In this document: one piece after another, positions 12,568 to 23,320 of the stretch
Layout of the letters: each line of letters opens with the position of its first letter
Position numbering within the stretch: position 1 is the stretch's first letter
The notes under the pieces: generated by a model
What the model was told of the DNA's origin: nothing
Database searches by the model: none
Seen by the model: the letters and a program-made list of their open reading frames with translations, nothing else
NCBI RefSeq assembly: GCF_018977255.1
Contig: NW_024705386.1
Location: 1 to 49,828 of the forward strand
Origin: Callorhinchus milii
Taxonomy: Eukaryota
Reading direction: 5' to 3'
DNA: 49,828 bases
Made by a program: the position numbers and the translations under genes

Positions 12568-13532
12568 TTAACAGAAGTACTCAATACTTTGATTATCCAG
12601 CCACTCCAGCAGCCATTTCTCATTATCAACCTGCATGGGTCGAAATAGGAATTGTCGTCAGGGCTCAGTACATCCAGCCATCTCGCAGGATCCAACTGCA
12701 TGGGGTCGAAAGAGAATTGTCGTCAGGACTCATTACATCCACTACATCCACGCATCTCTCAGGATCCACCTGCATAGGTTCGAAAGATGCATTTTTTTCA
12801 GGACTCATTGCAGCACTTTGTATTTCACCTTTTGATTTCACTTCCTATCATTGCTGATCTTCTCATGCTTGTTTCGGGGTGATGACCGTGTCATTTCCAA
12901 CGGAGAACACTTGAATGGCTTCTCGCCCGTGTGTGTTTTCTGGTGACTGTGAAGATTGATTTCCATGCAAATGCCTTCCACACACAGAGCAATTGAACGG
13001 CTTCTCGCCCGTGTGTGTTTTCTGGTGACTGTGAAGATGTGATTTCTGTGCAAATGTCTTCTCACACACAGAGCAATTGAATGGCTTCTCGCCCGTGTGT
13101 GTTTTTGGTGACTGTGAAGATGTGATTTTTACAAATCCTTCTCACACACAGCGCAATTGAACGTTCTCGCCCTTGTGTTTTTTGGTGACGGTGAAGATTT
13201 GATGAATCTGCAAATGCTTCCCACACAAAACAATTGAACGGCTCTCGCCGTGTTGTTTTTTGGTGAATGTGAAGTTCTGCTTTACGGGCAATGCCTTCTC
13301 ACACACAGGCACTTGAATGGCTTCTTACCCGAGTGTGTTTTCTGTGACTGTGAAGATTTGATTTCCGTGAAATGACTTCTCACAAACAGAGCAATTGAAA
13401 GGCTTTTCGCCCGTGTGTGTTTTCTGGTGCCTGTGAAGATCTGCTTTACGGGCAAATGCCTTCACACAAACAGAGCAATTGAATGGCTTCTTACCCGTGT
13501 GTGCGTGGCGCTGTGGAGAGTTTTCGCTCCAT
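12568..13532 (-). pseudogene. C2H2 zinc-finger gene U3 (7 fingers as U5, many 1-nt deletions)
   Basis: Same finger order as U5 with scattered single-base losses. Confidence 0.75.
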
Positions 13533-16500
13533 TCTTCAGAGCAGAGAAACGTCGCGGATGTTGTTGAGAGCAAAAGGCGCCCTCTAAGCTGCGTGGATGT
13601 CTGGCTCAAATCGCCAGGAAGCAAACTCTTACCAACGTCTAACTGAGACACAGTAACGTCTCGTAAGTCGGACTACACACGCAATTACCAGTTTATCCAC
13701 TAACAAAGACACTTACTTGTGATGCACGTCGTATCGATTCCCTGTAACCCGTCTGAAGAGATGCCACGAACTCTCCCGAAGCGAAGTCGCCAACCAGTCG
13801 CCAAGCAATCGTGCTCGCCAGGCTGGTCTCGTGGAAGAAGGTATCTGCAGAGCGAGGAGTCAAGCGTCTATCCTCAGCAAAATCCTCTCGAAATGACCCT
13901 GAGGTCTGATTTTAAGCCCCTTATAACTTCGCTCTAGCATCCAAATCCTTTGTTCTCGACTTGGCCTATTATGGACTTTGCATTCAATTGTAAATTTTAC
14001 ATTAACAATCCGCATATCTAGCAACATAATACGTATGTACATCTCACTGCATAATTGTACACTTCCGTTTGAATAAGGATGTGCATCTCCCTGCATAATT
14101 CCATGATTCGTGTTAATTTGCTAATATTCACCCCCAATGTCCTCTAAACTGATGCAAGTTTAGAGGATATAAAGCGACATACAGCCTGAAATATCAAAAT
14201 TGGTGATCTCGAGCTTGATTTGGAATACGATGTGCAAGTTTATACTGTACTGACTTTGTTTCATAAATATATTTAAGGACAATCGTCATGAGCGGGGTGC
14301 TTCTGGAAAACGAGTTTTATATTATATTTCTACCTTAGACTATACATTATAATATTACACTATGTATTATTCTACCACTCTACAGTATACCACACTGCGT
14401 ATATTCACTATACAATTACTTTATTACCTTATACATTATATTAAACATTACACTTTTATACTATTTATTATTATACAATCTTCTGTGCGATGCGGCAGTT
14501 TAGGCGGTTGTGTGACACTGCAGCAGCCGGCATTGTCAGCTGTTGTCGCGCCGCGGGGCGTGTGCAGTGAACACGGAGGCTGGCGGGTTGGGTGCAGGGA
14601 TCTGCCGCCACCCAAACTCGGGCGACGCCAAAGTAATAATGAAATAATAAAATAAATTATATGATAGAAGATGAAAGTAAGAAGAGCGGTGGTGAGTGAA
14701 GAAGGAAGTGGGTAAGGTACGAGTGTGGTTACGGTTGATAAACTGTGAGAGCGATCCGGACTGCATCCAGCTGCGGCGCTGTCGCCATCCTACTCTCGAA
14801 TCCATTGAGAGGCAGATCCAGCAGTGGATTGTGTGAATCTAATAACGACCACAATGTGATACGAGTGATTATAATGCAATTCAAATCCCGCAGCCCGCAG
14901 TTCGTATTCATTCGAGCAGTATGGTTATAATATGGGATATTATGAAAGGCATATGACTAATCGGCCTTGCCCGCATCCCGACACTGATGTTAACCTTCAG
15001 TGCAGGCAGGAACAATCACCACTCCACGCGTGGGGCATACAGCTTCCTACAGCTCACCGCCACGGTTCCATGCCCCTTCATTATTTTGTTCAAAAGAAGA
15101 GCCACACTCCCTGTTGTTGGCATTCCCCTGCCCACGAGTAAAGTTCTGTAAAAACAACCCCCTACCTCATCAGCGGTGCAGAGCGGTAAAGCTGTGGTCA
15201 ATGTGAGCAATGTCCGAGAGGGAAGGCTCATAGACATCACAGAGGCCCACGAGGTCTCCGGACTGTTGCGAGGGCTGGTAACCCCTCCACATTCAATGCA
15301 CTTACCGTGAGAACACGTGGTAAATAAAACACACACATCACTGTACATACACATCAGTGTAAATACACACTGCTATAGACTGATAATGTTATAATAATAA
15401 ACACACTTGCAAACTATACCATCCAGATGGGTATCCAGAGCAATTGTAACCATTTTAATTGATCGAATATAACAAATAACCCTCGTTGTTTAGACACACC
15501 ATCAACAATAGTCCTTAAAATATCCATAAAATCAAGTCACCACGCTATAAAGCATGCACCTCTTAGTATATCTCCATCAGCATTGCAACATTTTATACTT
15601 ATTTTCACAGATAAAGTCGATAAATTGATCACAGTTTACAGCCATTGTAAATGTGCAAACTAACAACATGCACATACTTATTCAAGGAGATGCCCATCCC
15701 TATTCAAACGGAAGCGAACGATGATTCAGCATATTCTTACTTCGGCTTAAGCACAATGCCCATATGAGCTTAGGTATGTTGCTAGATATTAGGAGCTTTA
15801 GTACAGTGAATAGCAATTAAATGCAAATAAGTTTATGAAGATAATGATTAGAGCGAGATTTCATAAATGGGAAGAATAATCCGAACCAGTGTGTCGTAGC
15901 AATGGCAGCAAATGGAAGTATGAACTTGAAAACGACTTCATGCAAATAAACTACACCATGACTTCAATACACTCATTAATATGTAGCAATAAGGGACGAT
16001 CAGTCATCTTTAAATTATCAGGTCTTTATTGTTCTGCAAGTATATTAACGTTAAGACTCGTAGAAACACATGCACACTCGTGTGTGAATGCACAACGCTG
16101 TATATACAGTCGTGTTTGGATGCACACTCGTGTGTGTATGTCTACTCGCCCGTGTATTTTTTTAAAGGAAAACTATGGTAGCAATAACGTAGATCAGTCA
16201 TCTTTAAAAACAAATCAGGTCTTTATTAATCTGCAAGAAAACTCACGTTAATACTCGTATCGAAATCTTTATTAATACGCATGCTCAAACAGGAAAGGAA
16301 CTAGGCAAATTATTTCCCAAAAGGAATTCAACAGTTAAAATATATTCTTAAAATCAAAAACGTAAACGTCGATTTCCCCTTTGACGTCCTTTTCCACTGA
16401 AGCCATTCGTCCAGAAGTCCAAGCCATCAAACACAGGAACAACGAACGTGCAATCCACGCACACTCTGAAACCTATTATTTGAAGTTAATTAATTTATTA

Positions 16501-17026
16501 CACAATGATGAAAATTAAAGAACATGTTTAAAATATGAGCAAAGTTGTGGTCACAGACTTTCTCCAACTTTAGCTCAAAAAGACCACTTAACCACGAGAG
16601 TAAAATCAGGAATTGAACCACCTCACAACCACTGCACATCACACCACATCAACAAGTAATCCGATCGGACGACAAAGCACCACCTTAACGTGACGAAGTC
16701 TAGAATAACCTCAACACTCAAGACACGGAATTCAACATAAACACCATGACAAAATGAATAACAGGAATGGGAAAATCCTAAAACAGACGGCACACCCAGA
16801 TCAGTAGCTGTGAGAAGATGACAACACATGGCAACTTCTACCATAAACACCAAACATTTAACAGAGCGATGATCCAACTACGAGACGAAGCAATGTATCT
16901 ATCGAAGTATAAAATTGTTGTCATCCTGAAATAAGTGAACACTTCTGGAACTTATCAGGAACACTTGTATCTGAACACATTGTAATACATTGATACACAA
17001 ACATGCACATTCCAAGACTTCAACAG

Positions 17027-18013
17027 TTAACAGAAGTACTCCATACTTTGATTATCCAGCCACTCCAGCAGCCATTTCTCATTATCAACCTGCATGGGGT
17101 CGAAATAGGAATTGTCGTAAGGGCTCAGTACATCCAGCCATCTCGCAGGATCCAACTGCATGGGGTCGAAAGAGGAATTGTCGTCAGGACTCATTACATC
17201 CACTACATCCACGCATCTCTCAGGATCCACCTGCATAGGTTCGAAAGATGCATTTTTTTCAGGACTCATTGCAGCACTTTGTATTTCAACTTTTGATTTC
17301 ACTTCCCTATCATTGCGGATCTTCTCATGCTTGTTTCGGGTTGATGACCGTGTCATTTCCAACGGAGAACACTTGAATGGCTTCTCGCCCGTGTGTGTTT
17401 TCTGGTGACTGTGAAGATTGATTTCCATGCAAATGCCTTACCACACACAGAGCAATTGAACGGCTTCTCGCCCGTGTGTGTTTTCTGGTGACTGTGAAGA
17501 TGTGATTTCTGTGCAAATGTCTTCTCACACACAGAGCAATTGAATGGCTTCTCGCCCGTGTGTGTTTTCTGGTGACTGTGAAGATGTGATTTCTGTACAA
17601 ATGCCTTCTCACACACAGCGCAATTGAACGGCTTCTCGCCCTTGTGTGTTTTTGGTGACGGTGAAGATTTGATGAATCTGCAAATGCCTTCCCACACACA
17701 GAACAATTGAACGGCTTCTCGCCCGTGTGTGTTTTTGGTGAATGTGAAGTTCTGCTTTACGGGCAAATGCCTTCTCACACACAGAGCACTTGAATGGCTT
17801 CTTACCCGAGTGTGTTTTCTGGTGACTGTGAAGATTTGATTTCCGTGAAAATGACTTCTCACAAACAGAGCAATTGAAAGGCTTTTCGCCCGTGTGTGTT
17901 TTCTGGTGCCTGTGAAGATCTGCTTTACGGGCAAATGCCTTCACACAAACAGAGCAATTGAATGGCTTCTTACCCGTGTGTGCGTGGCGCTGTGGAGAGT
18001 TTTTCTGCTCCAT
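17027..18013 (-). CDS. C2H2 zinc-finger gene U4 (7 fingers; three 1-nt deletions relative to U5, likely errors)
   Basis: ORF pieces 17609-18013, 17353-17934 and 17027-17428 reassemble the U5 protein; 987 vs 990 nt. Confidence 0.7.
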
Positions 18014-20496
18014 TCTTCAGAGCAGAGAAACTGTCGCGGATGTTGTTGAGAGCAAAAGGCGCCCTCTAAGCTGCGTGGATGTCTGGCTCAAATCGCCAGG
18101 AAGCAAACTCTTACCAACGTCTAACTGAGACACAGTAACGTCTCGTAAGTCGGACTACACACGCAATTACCAGTTTATCCACTAACAAAGACACTTACTT
18201 GTGGATGCACGTCGTATCGATGTCCCTGTAACCCGTCTGAAGAGATTGCCACGAACTCTCCCGAAGCGAAGTCGCCAACCAGTCGCCAAGCAATCGTGCT
18301 CGCCAGGCTGGGTCTCGTGGAAGAAGGGTTATCTGCAGAGCGAGGAGTCAAGCGTCTATCCTCAGCAAAATCCGTCTCGAAATGACCCTGAGGTCTGATT
18401 TTAAGCCCCTTATAACTTCGCTCTAGCATCCAAATCCTTTGTTCTCGACTTGGCCTATTATGGACTTTGCATTCAATTGTAAATTTTTACATTAACAATC
18501 CGCATATCTAGCAACATAATACGTATGTACATCTCACTGCATAATTGTACACTTCCGTTTGAATAAGGATGTGCATCTCCCTGCATAATTCCATGATTCG
18601 TGTTAATTTGCTAATATTCACCCCCCAATGTCCTCTAAACTGATGCAAGTTTAGAGGATTATAAAGCGACATACAGCCTGAAATATCAAAATTGGTGATC
18701 TCGAGCTTGATTTGGAATACGATGTGCAAGTTTATACTGTACTGACTTTGTTTCATAAATATATTTAAGGACAATCGTCATGAGCGGGGTGCTTCTGGAA
18801 AACGAGTTTTTATATTATAATTTCTACCTTAGACTATACATTATAATATTACACTATGTATTATTCTACCCACTCTACAGTATACCACACTGCTGTATAT
18901 TCACTATACAATTACTTTATTACCTTATACATTATATTAAACATTACACTTTTATACTATTTATTATTATACAATCTTCTGTGCGATGCGGCAGTTTAGG
19001 CGGGTTGTGTGACACTGCAGCAGCCGGCATTTGTCAGCTGTTGTCGCGCCGCGGGGCGTGTGCAGTGAACACGGAGGCTGGCGGGGTTGGGTGCAGGGAT
19101 CTGCCGCCACCCAAAACTCGGGCGACGCCAAAGTAATAATGGAAATAATAAAATAAATTATATGATAGAAGATGAAAGTAAGAAGAGCGGTGGTGAGTGA
19201 AGAAGGAAGTGGGTAAGGTACGAGGTGTGGTTACGGTTGATAAACTGTGAGAGCGATCCGGGACTGCATCCAGCTGCGGCGCTGTCGCCATCCTACTCTC
19301 GAATCCATTGAGAGGGCAGATCCAGCAGTGGATTGTGTGAATCTAATAACGACCACAATGTGATACGAGTGATTATAATGCAATTCAAATCCCGCAGCCC
19401 GCAGTTCGTATTCATTCGAGCAGTATGGTTATAATATGGGATATTATGAAAGGCATATGACTAATCGGCCTTGCCCGCATCCCGACACTGATGTTAACCT
19501 TCAGTGCAGGCAGGAACAATCACCACTCCACGCGTGGGGCATACACCTTCCTACAGCTCACCGCCACGGTTCCATGCCCCTTCATTATTTTGTTCAAAAG
19601 AAGAGCCACACTCCCTGTTGTTTGGCATTCCCCTGCCCACGAGTAAAGTTCTGTAAAAACAACCCCCTACCTCATCAGCGGTGCAGAGCGGTAAAGCTGT
19701 GGTCAATGTGAGCAATGTCCGAGAGGGAAGGCTCATAGACATCACAGAGGCCCACGAGGTCTCCGGACTGTTGCGAGGGGCTGGTAACCCCTCCACATTC
19801 AATGCACTTACCGTGAGAACACGTGGTAAATAAAAACACACACATCACTGTACATACACATCAGTGTAAATACACACTGCTATAGACTGATAATGGTTAT
19901 AATAATAAACAACACTTGCAAACTATACCATCCAGATGGGTATCCAGAGCAATTGTAACCATTTTAATTGATCGAATATAACAAATAACCCTCGTTGTTT
20001 AGACACACCATCAACAATAGTCCTTAAAAATATCCATAAAATCAAGTCACCACGCTATAAAGCATGCACCTCTTAGTATATCTCCATCAGCATTGCAACA
20101 TTTTATACTTATTTTCACAGATAAAGTCGATAAATTGATCACAGTTTACAGGCCATTGTAAATGTGCAAACTAACAACATGCACATACTTATTCAAGGAG
20201 ATGCCCATCCCTATTCAAACGGAAGCGAACGATGATTCAGCATATTCTTACTTCGGCTTAAGCACAATGCCCATATGAGCTTAGGTATGTTGCTAGATAT
20301 TAGGAGCTTTAGTACAGTGAATAGCAATTAAATGCAAATAAGTTTATGAAGATAATGATTAGAGCGAGATTTCATAAATGGGAAGAATAATCCGAACCAG
20401 TGTGTCGTAGCAATGGCAAGCAAATGGAAGTATGAACTTGAAAACGACTTCATGCAAATAAACTACACCCATGACTTCAATACACTCATTAAATAT

Positions 20497-20775
20497 GTAG
20501 CAATAAGGGACGATCAGTCATCTTTAAATTATCAGGTCTTTATTGTTCTGCAAGTATATTAACGTTAAGACTCGTAGAAACACATGCACACTCGTGTGTG
20601 AATGCACAACGCTGTATATACAGTCGTGTTTGGATGCACACTCGTGTGTGTATGTCTACTCGCCCGTGTATTTTTTTAAAGGAAAACTATGGTAGCAATA
20701 ACGTAGATCAGTCATCTTTAAAAACAAATCAGGTCTTTATTAATCTGCAAGAAAACTCACGTTAATACTCGTATC
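20497..20775. repeat. Diverged ~80-bp direct duplication in the spacer (GTAGCAATAA..GATCAGTCATCTTTAA..CAGGTCTTTATT..CTGCAAG..ACTCGTA), present in all spacers
   Basis: Copies start at 20497 and 20692; a further diverged copy lies at ~9398. Confidence 0.8.
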
Positions 20776-21007
20776 GAAATCTTTATTAATACGCATGCTC
20801 AAACAGGAAAGGAACTAGGCAAATTATTTCCCAAAAGGAATTCAACAGTTAAAATATATTCTTAAAATCAAAAACGTAAACGTCGATTTCCCCTTTGACG
20901 TCCTTTTCCACTGAAGCCATTCGTCCAGAAGTCCAAGCCATCAAACACAGGAACAACGAACGTGCAATCCACGCACACTCTGAAACCTATTATTTGAAGT
21001 TAATTAA

Positions 21008-21013
21008 TTTATT
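21008..21013 (-). terminator. Poly(A) signal AATAAA of U5 (equivalent site in the other units, e.g. 3974-3979)
   Basis: First AATAAA found downstream of the stop (~530 nt), followed on the minus strand by a GU-rich tract (GTGTGCGTGG..GTTCGTTGTTCCTGTGTTTG). Confidence 0.6.
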
Positions 21014-21544
21014 ACACAATGATGAAAATTAAAGAACATGTTTAAAATATTGAGCAAAGTTGTGGTCACAGACTTTCTCCAACTTTAGCTCAAAAAGACC
21101 ACTTAACCACGAGAGTAAAATCAGGAATTGAACCACCTCACAACCACTGCACATCACACCACATCAACAAGTAATCCGATCGGACGACAAAGCACCACCT
21201 TAACGTGACGAAGTCTAGAATAAACCTCAACACTCAAGACACGGAATTCAACATAAACACCATGACAAAATGAATAACAGGAATGGGCAAATCCTAAAAC
21301 AAGACGGCACACCCAGATCAGTAGCTGTGAGAAGATGACAACACATGGCAACTTCTACCATAAACACCAAACATTTAACAGAGCTGATGATCCAACTACG
21401 AGACGAAGCAATGTATCTATCGAAGTATAAAATTGTTGTCATCCTGAAATAAGTGAACACTTCTGGAACTTATCAGGAACACTTGTATCTGAACACATTG
21501 TAATACATTGATACACAAACATGCACATTCCAAGACTTCAACAG

Positions 21545-22534
21545 TTAACAGAAGTACTCCATACTTTGATTATCCAGCCACTCCAGCAGCCATTTCTCAT
21601 TATCAACCTGCATGGGGTCGAAATAGGAATTGTCGTAAGGGCTCAGTACATCCAGCCATCTCGCAGGATCCAACTGCATGGGGTCGAAAGAGGAATTGTC
21701 GTCAGGACTCATTACATCCACTACATCCACGCATCTCTCAGGATCCACCTGCATAGGTTCGAAAGATGCATTTTTTTCAGGACTCATTGCAGCACTTTGT
21801 ATTTCAACTTTTGATTTCACTTCCCTATCATTGCGGATCTTCTCATGCTTGTTTCGGGTTGATGACCGTGTCATTTCCAACGGAGAACACTTGAATGGCT
21901 TCTCGCCCGTGTGTGTTTTCTGGTGACTGTGAAGATTTGATTTCCATGCAAATGCCTTACCACACACAGAGCAATTGAACGGCTTCTCGCCCGTGTGTGT
22001 TTTCTGGTGACTGTGAAGATGTGATTTCTGTGCAAATGTCTTCTCACACACAGAGCAATTGAATGGCTTCTCGCCCGTGTGTGTTTTCTGGTGACTGTGA
22101 AGATGTGATTTCTGTACAAATGCCTTCTCACACACAGCGCAATTGAACGGCTTCTCGCCCTTGTGTGTTTTTTGGTGACGGTGAAGATTTGATGAATCTG
22201 CAAATGCCTTCCCACACACAGAACAATTGAACGGCTTCTCGCCCGTGTGTGTTTTTTGGTGAATGTGAAGTTCTGCTTTACGGGCAAATGCCTTCTCACA
22301 CACAGAGCACTTGAATGGCTTCTTACCCGAGTGTGTTTTCTGGTGACTGTGAAGATTTGATTTCCGTGAAAATGACTTCTCACAAACAGAGCAATTGAAA
22401 GGCTTTTCGCCCGTGTGTGTTTTCTGGTGCCTGTGAAGATCTGCTTTACGGGCAAATGCCTTCACACAAACAGAGCAATTGAATGGCTTCTTACCCGTGT
22501 GTGCGTGGCGCTGTGGAGAGTTTTTCTGCTCCAT
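21545..22534 (-). CDS. C2H2 zinc-finger protein U5, 329 aa: 7 fingers plus a triple acidic C-terminal repeat
   Basis: Intact ORF with seven CxxC-x12-HxxxH fingers and TGEKPF linkers. Kozak AAGAATGG; first ATG downstream of the predicted TSS. Confidence 0.93.
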   Translation of the reverse strand: MEQKNSPQRHAHTGKKPFNCSVCVKAFARKADLHRHQKTHTGEKPFNCSVCEKSFSRKSNLHSHQKTHSGKKPFKCSVCEKAFARKAELHIHQKTHTGEKPFNCSVCGKAFADSSNLHRHQKTHKGEKPFNCAVCEKAFVQKSHLHSHQKTHTGEKPFNCSVCEKTFAQKSHLHSHQKTHTGEKPFNCSVCGKAFAWKSNLHSHQKTHTGEKPFKCSPLEMTRSSTRNKHEKIRNDREVKSKVEIQSAAMSPEKNASFEPMQVDPERCVDVVDVMSPDDNSSFDPMQLDPARWLDVLSPYDNSYFDPMQVDNEKWLLEWLDNQSMEYFC

Positions 22535-22719
22535 TCTTCAGAGCAGAGAAACTGTCGCGGATGTTGTTGAGAGCAAAAGGCGCCCTCTAAGCTGCGTGGA
22601 TGTCTGGCTCAAATCGCCAGGAAGCAAACTCTTACCAACGTCTAACTGAGACACAGTAACGTCTCGTAAGTCGGACTACACACGCAATTACCAGTTTATC
22701 CACTAACAAAGACACTTAC

Positions 22720-22903
22720 TTGTGGATGCACGTCGTATCGATGTCCCTGTAACCCGTCTGAAGAGATTGCCACGAACTCTCCCGAAGCGAAGTCGCCAAC
22801 CAGTCGCCAAGCAATCGTGCTCGCCAGGCTGGGTCTCGTGAAGAAGGGTGATCTGCAGAGCGAGGAGTCAAGCGTCTATCCTCAGCAAAATCCGTCTCGA
22901 AAT
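22720..22903 (-). other. Predicted non-coding first exon of U5 ending at a GTAAGT donor (22719-22714)
   Basis: No ATG between the Inr (22903) and 22534. CACAA|GTAAGT is essentially conserved in all ten units. The acceptor was not determined. Confidence 0.5.
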
Positions 22904-23320
22904 GACCCTGAGGTCTGATTTTAAGCCCCTTATAACTTCGCTCTAGCATCCAAATCCTTTGTTCTCGACTTGGCCTATTATGGACTTTGCATTCAATTGT
23001 AAATTTTTACATTAACAATCCGCATATCTAGCAACATAATACGTATGTACATCTCACTGCATAATTGTACACTTCCGTTTGAATAAGGATGTGCATCTCC
23101 CTGCATAATTCCATGATTCGTGTTAATTTGCTAATATTCACCCCCCAATGTCCTCTAAACTGATGCAAGTTTAGAGGATTATAAAGCGACATACAGCCTG
23201 AAATATCAAAATTGGTGATCTCGAGCTTGATTTGGAATACGATGTGCAAGTTTATACTGTACTGACTTTGTTTCATAAATATATTTAAGGACAATCGTCA
23301 TGAGCGGGGTGCTTCTGGAA
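22897..23320 (-). promoter_or_regulatory. ZNF promoter: Inr, TATA, Sox-, octamer- and ETS-like sites, 11-bp-arm palindrome (TATAAG in the other units at 2047, 5943, 13920, 18409, 27450, 31780, 34987, 38991, 42992)
   Basis: TATAAG 22934-22929 lies exactly 31 nt before the A of TCATTTC (22903). AACAAAG 22963-22957, ATGCAAAG 22992-22985, ACGGAAGT 23078-23071, palindrome 23151-23178. Confidence 0.7.

Noticed and set aside
18175..18429. Recurrent 77-84 aa ORF MLERSYKGLKIRPQGHF.. upstream of each ZNF
   Set aside because: Its ATG lies upstream of the TATA box and predicted TSS, it runs through the splice donor, and it recurs only because the unit is repeated.
18780..19136. 118-aa MSGVLLENEFLYY.. 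ORF and other spacer ORFs
   Set aside because: They cross junctions between promoter, AT-rich and GC-rich blocks, have low-complexity Y/I/L composition and show no recognisable motif.
21791..21798. AGCACTTT (complement of the miR-430/302 seed) as evidence of a miRNA cluster
   Set aside because: It lies inside the coding tail (QSAA), is not in a hairpin and is on the wrong strand to be a target site.
21871..22455. Alternative-frame and antisense ORFs over the fingers ([16 protein letters not shown]..)
   Set aside because: Shadow frames of the 84-bp finger repeat.
21545..22534. Assignment to PRDM9, ZSCAN4 or a KRAB-ZNF gene symbol; assignment to a species
   Set aside because: No SET, SCAN or KRAB sequence is visible. 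A lamprey- or fish-like origin is only an impression and cannot be verified without a search.
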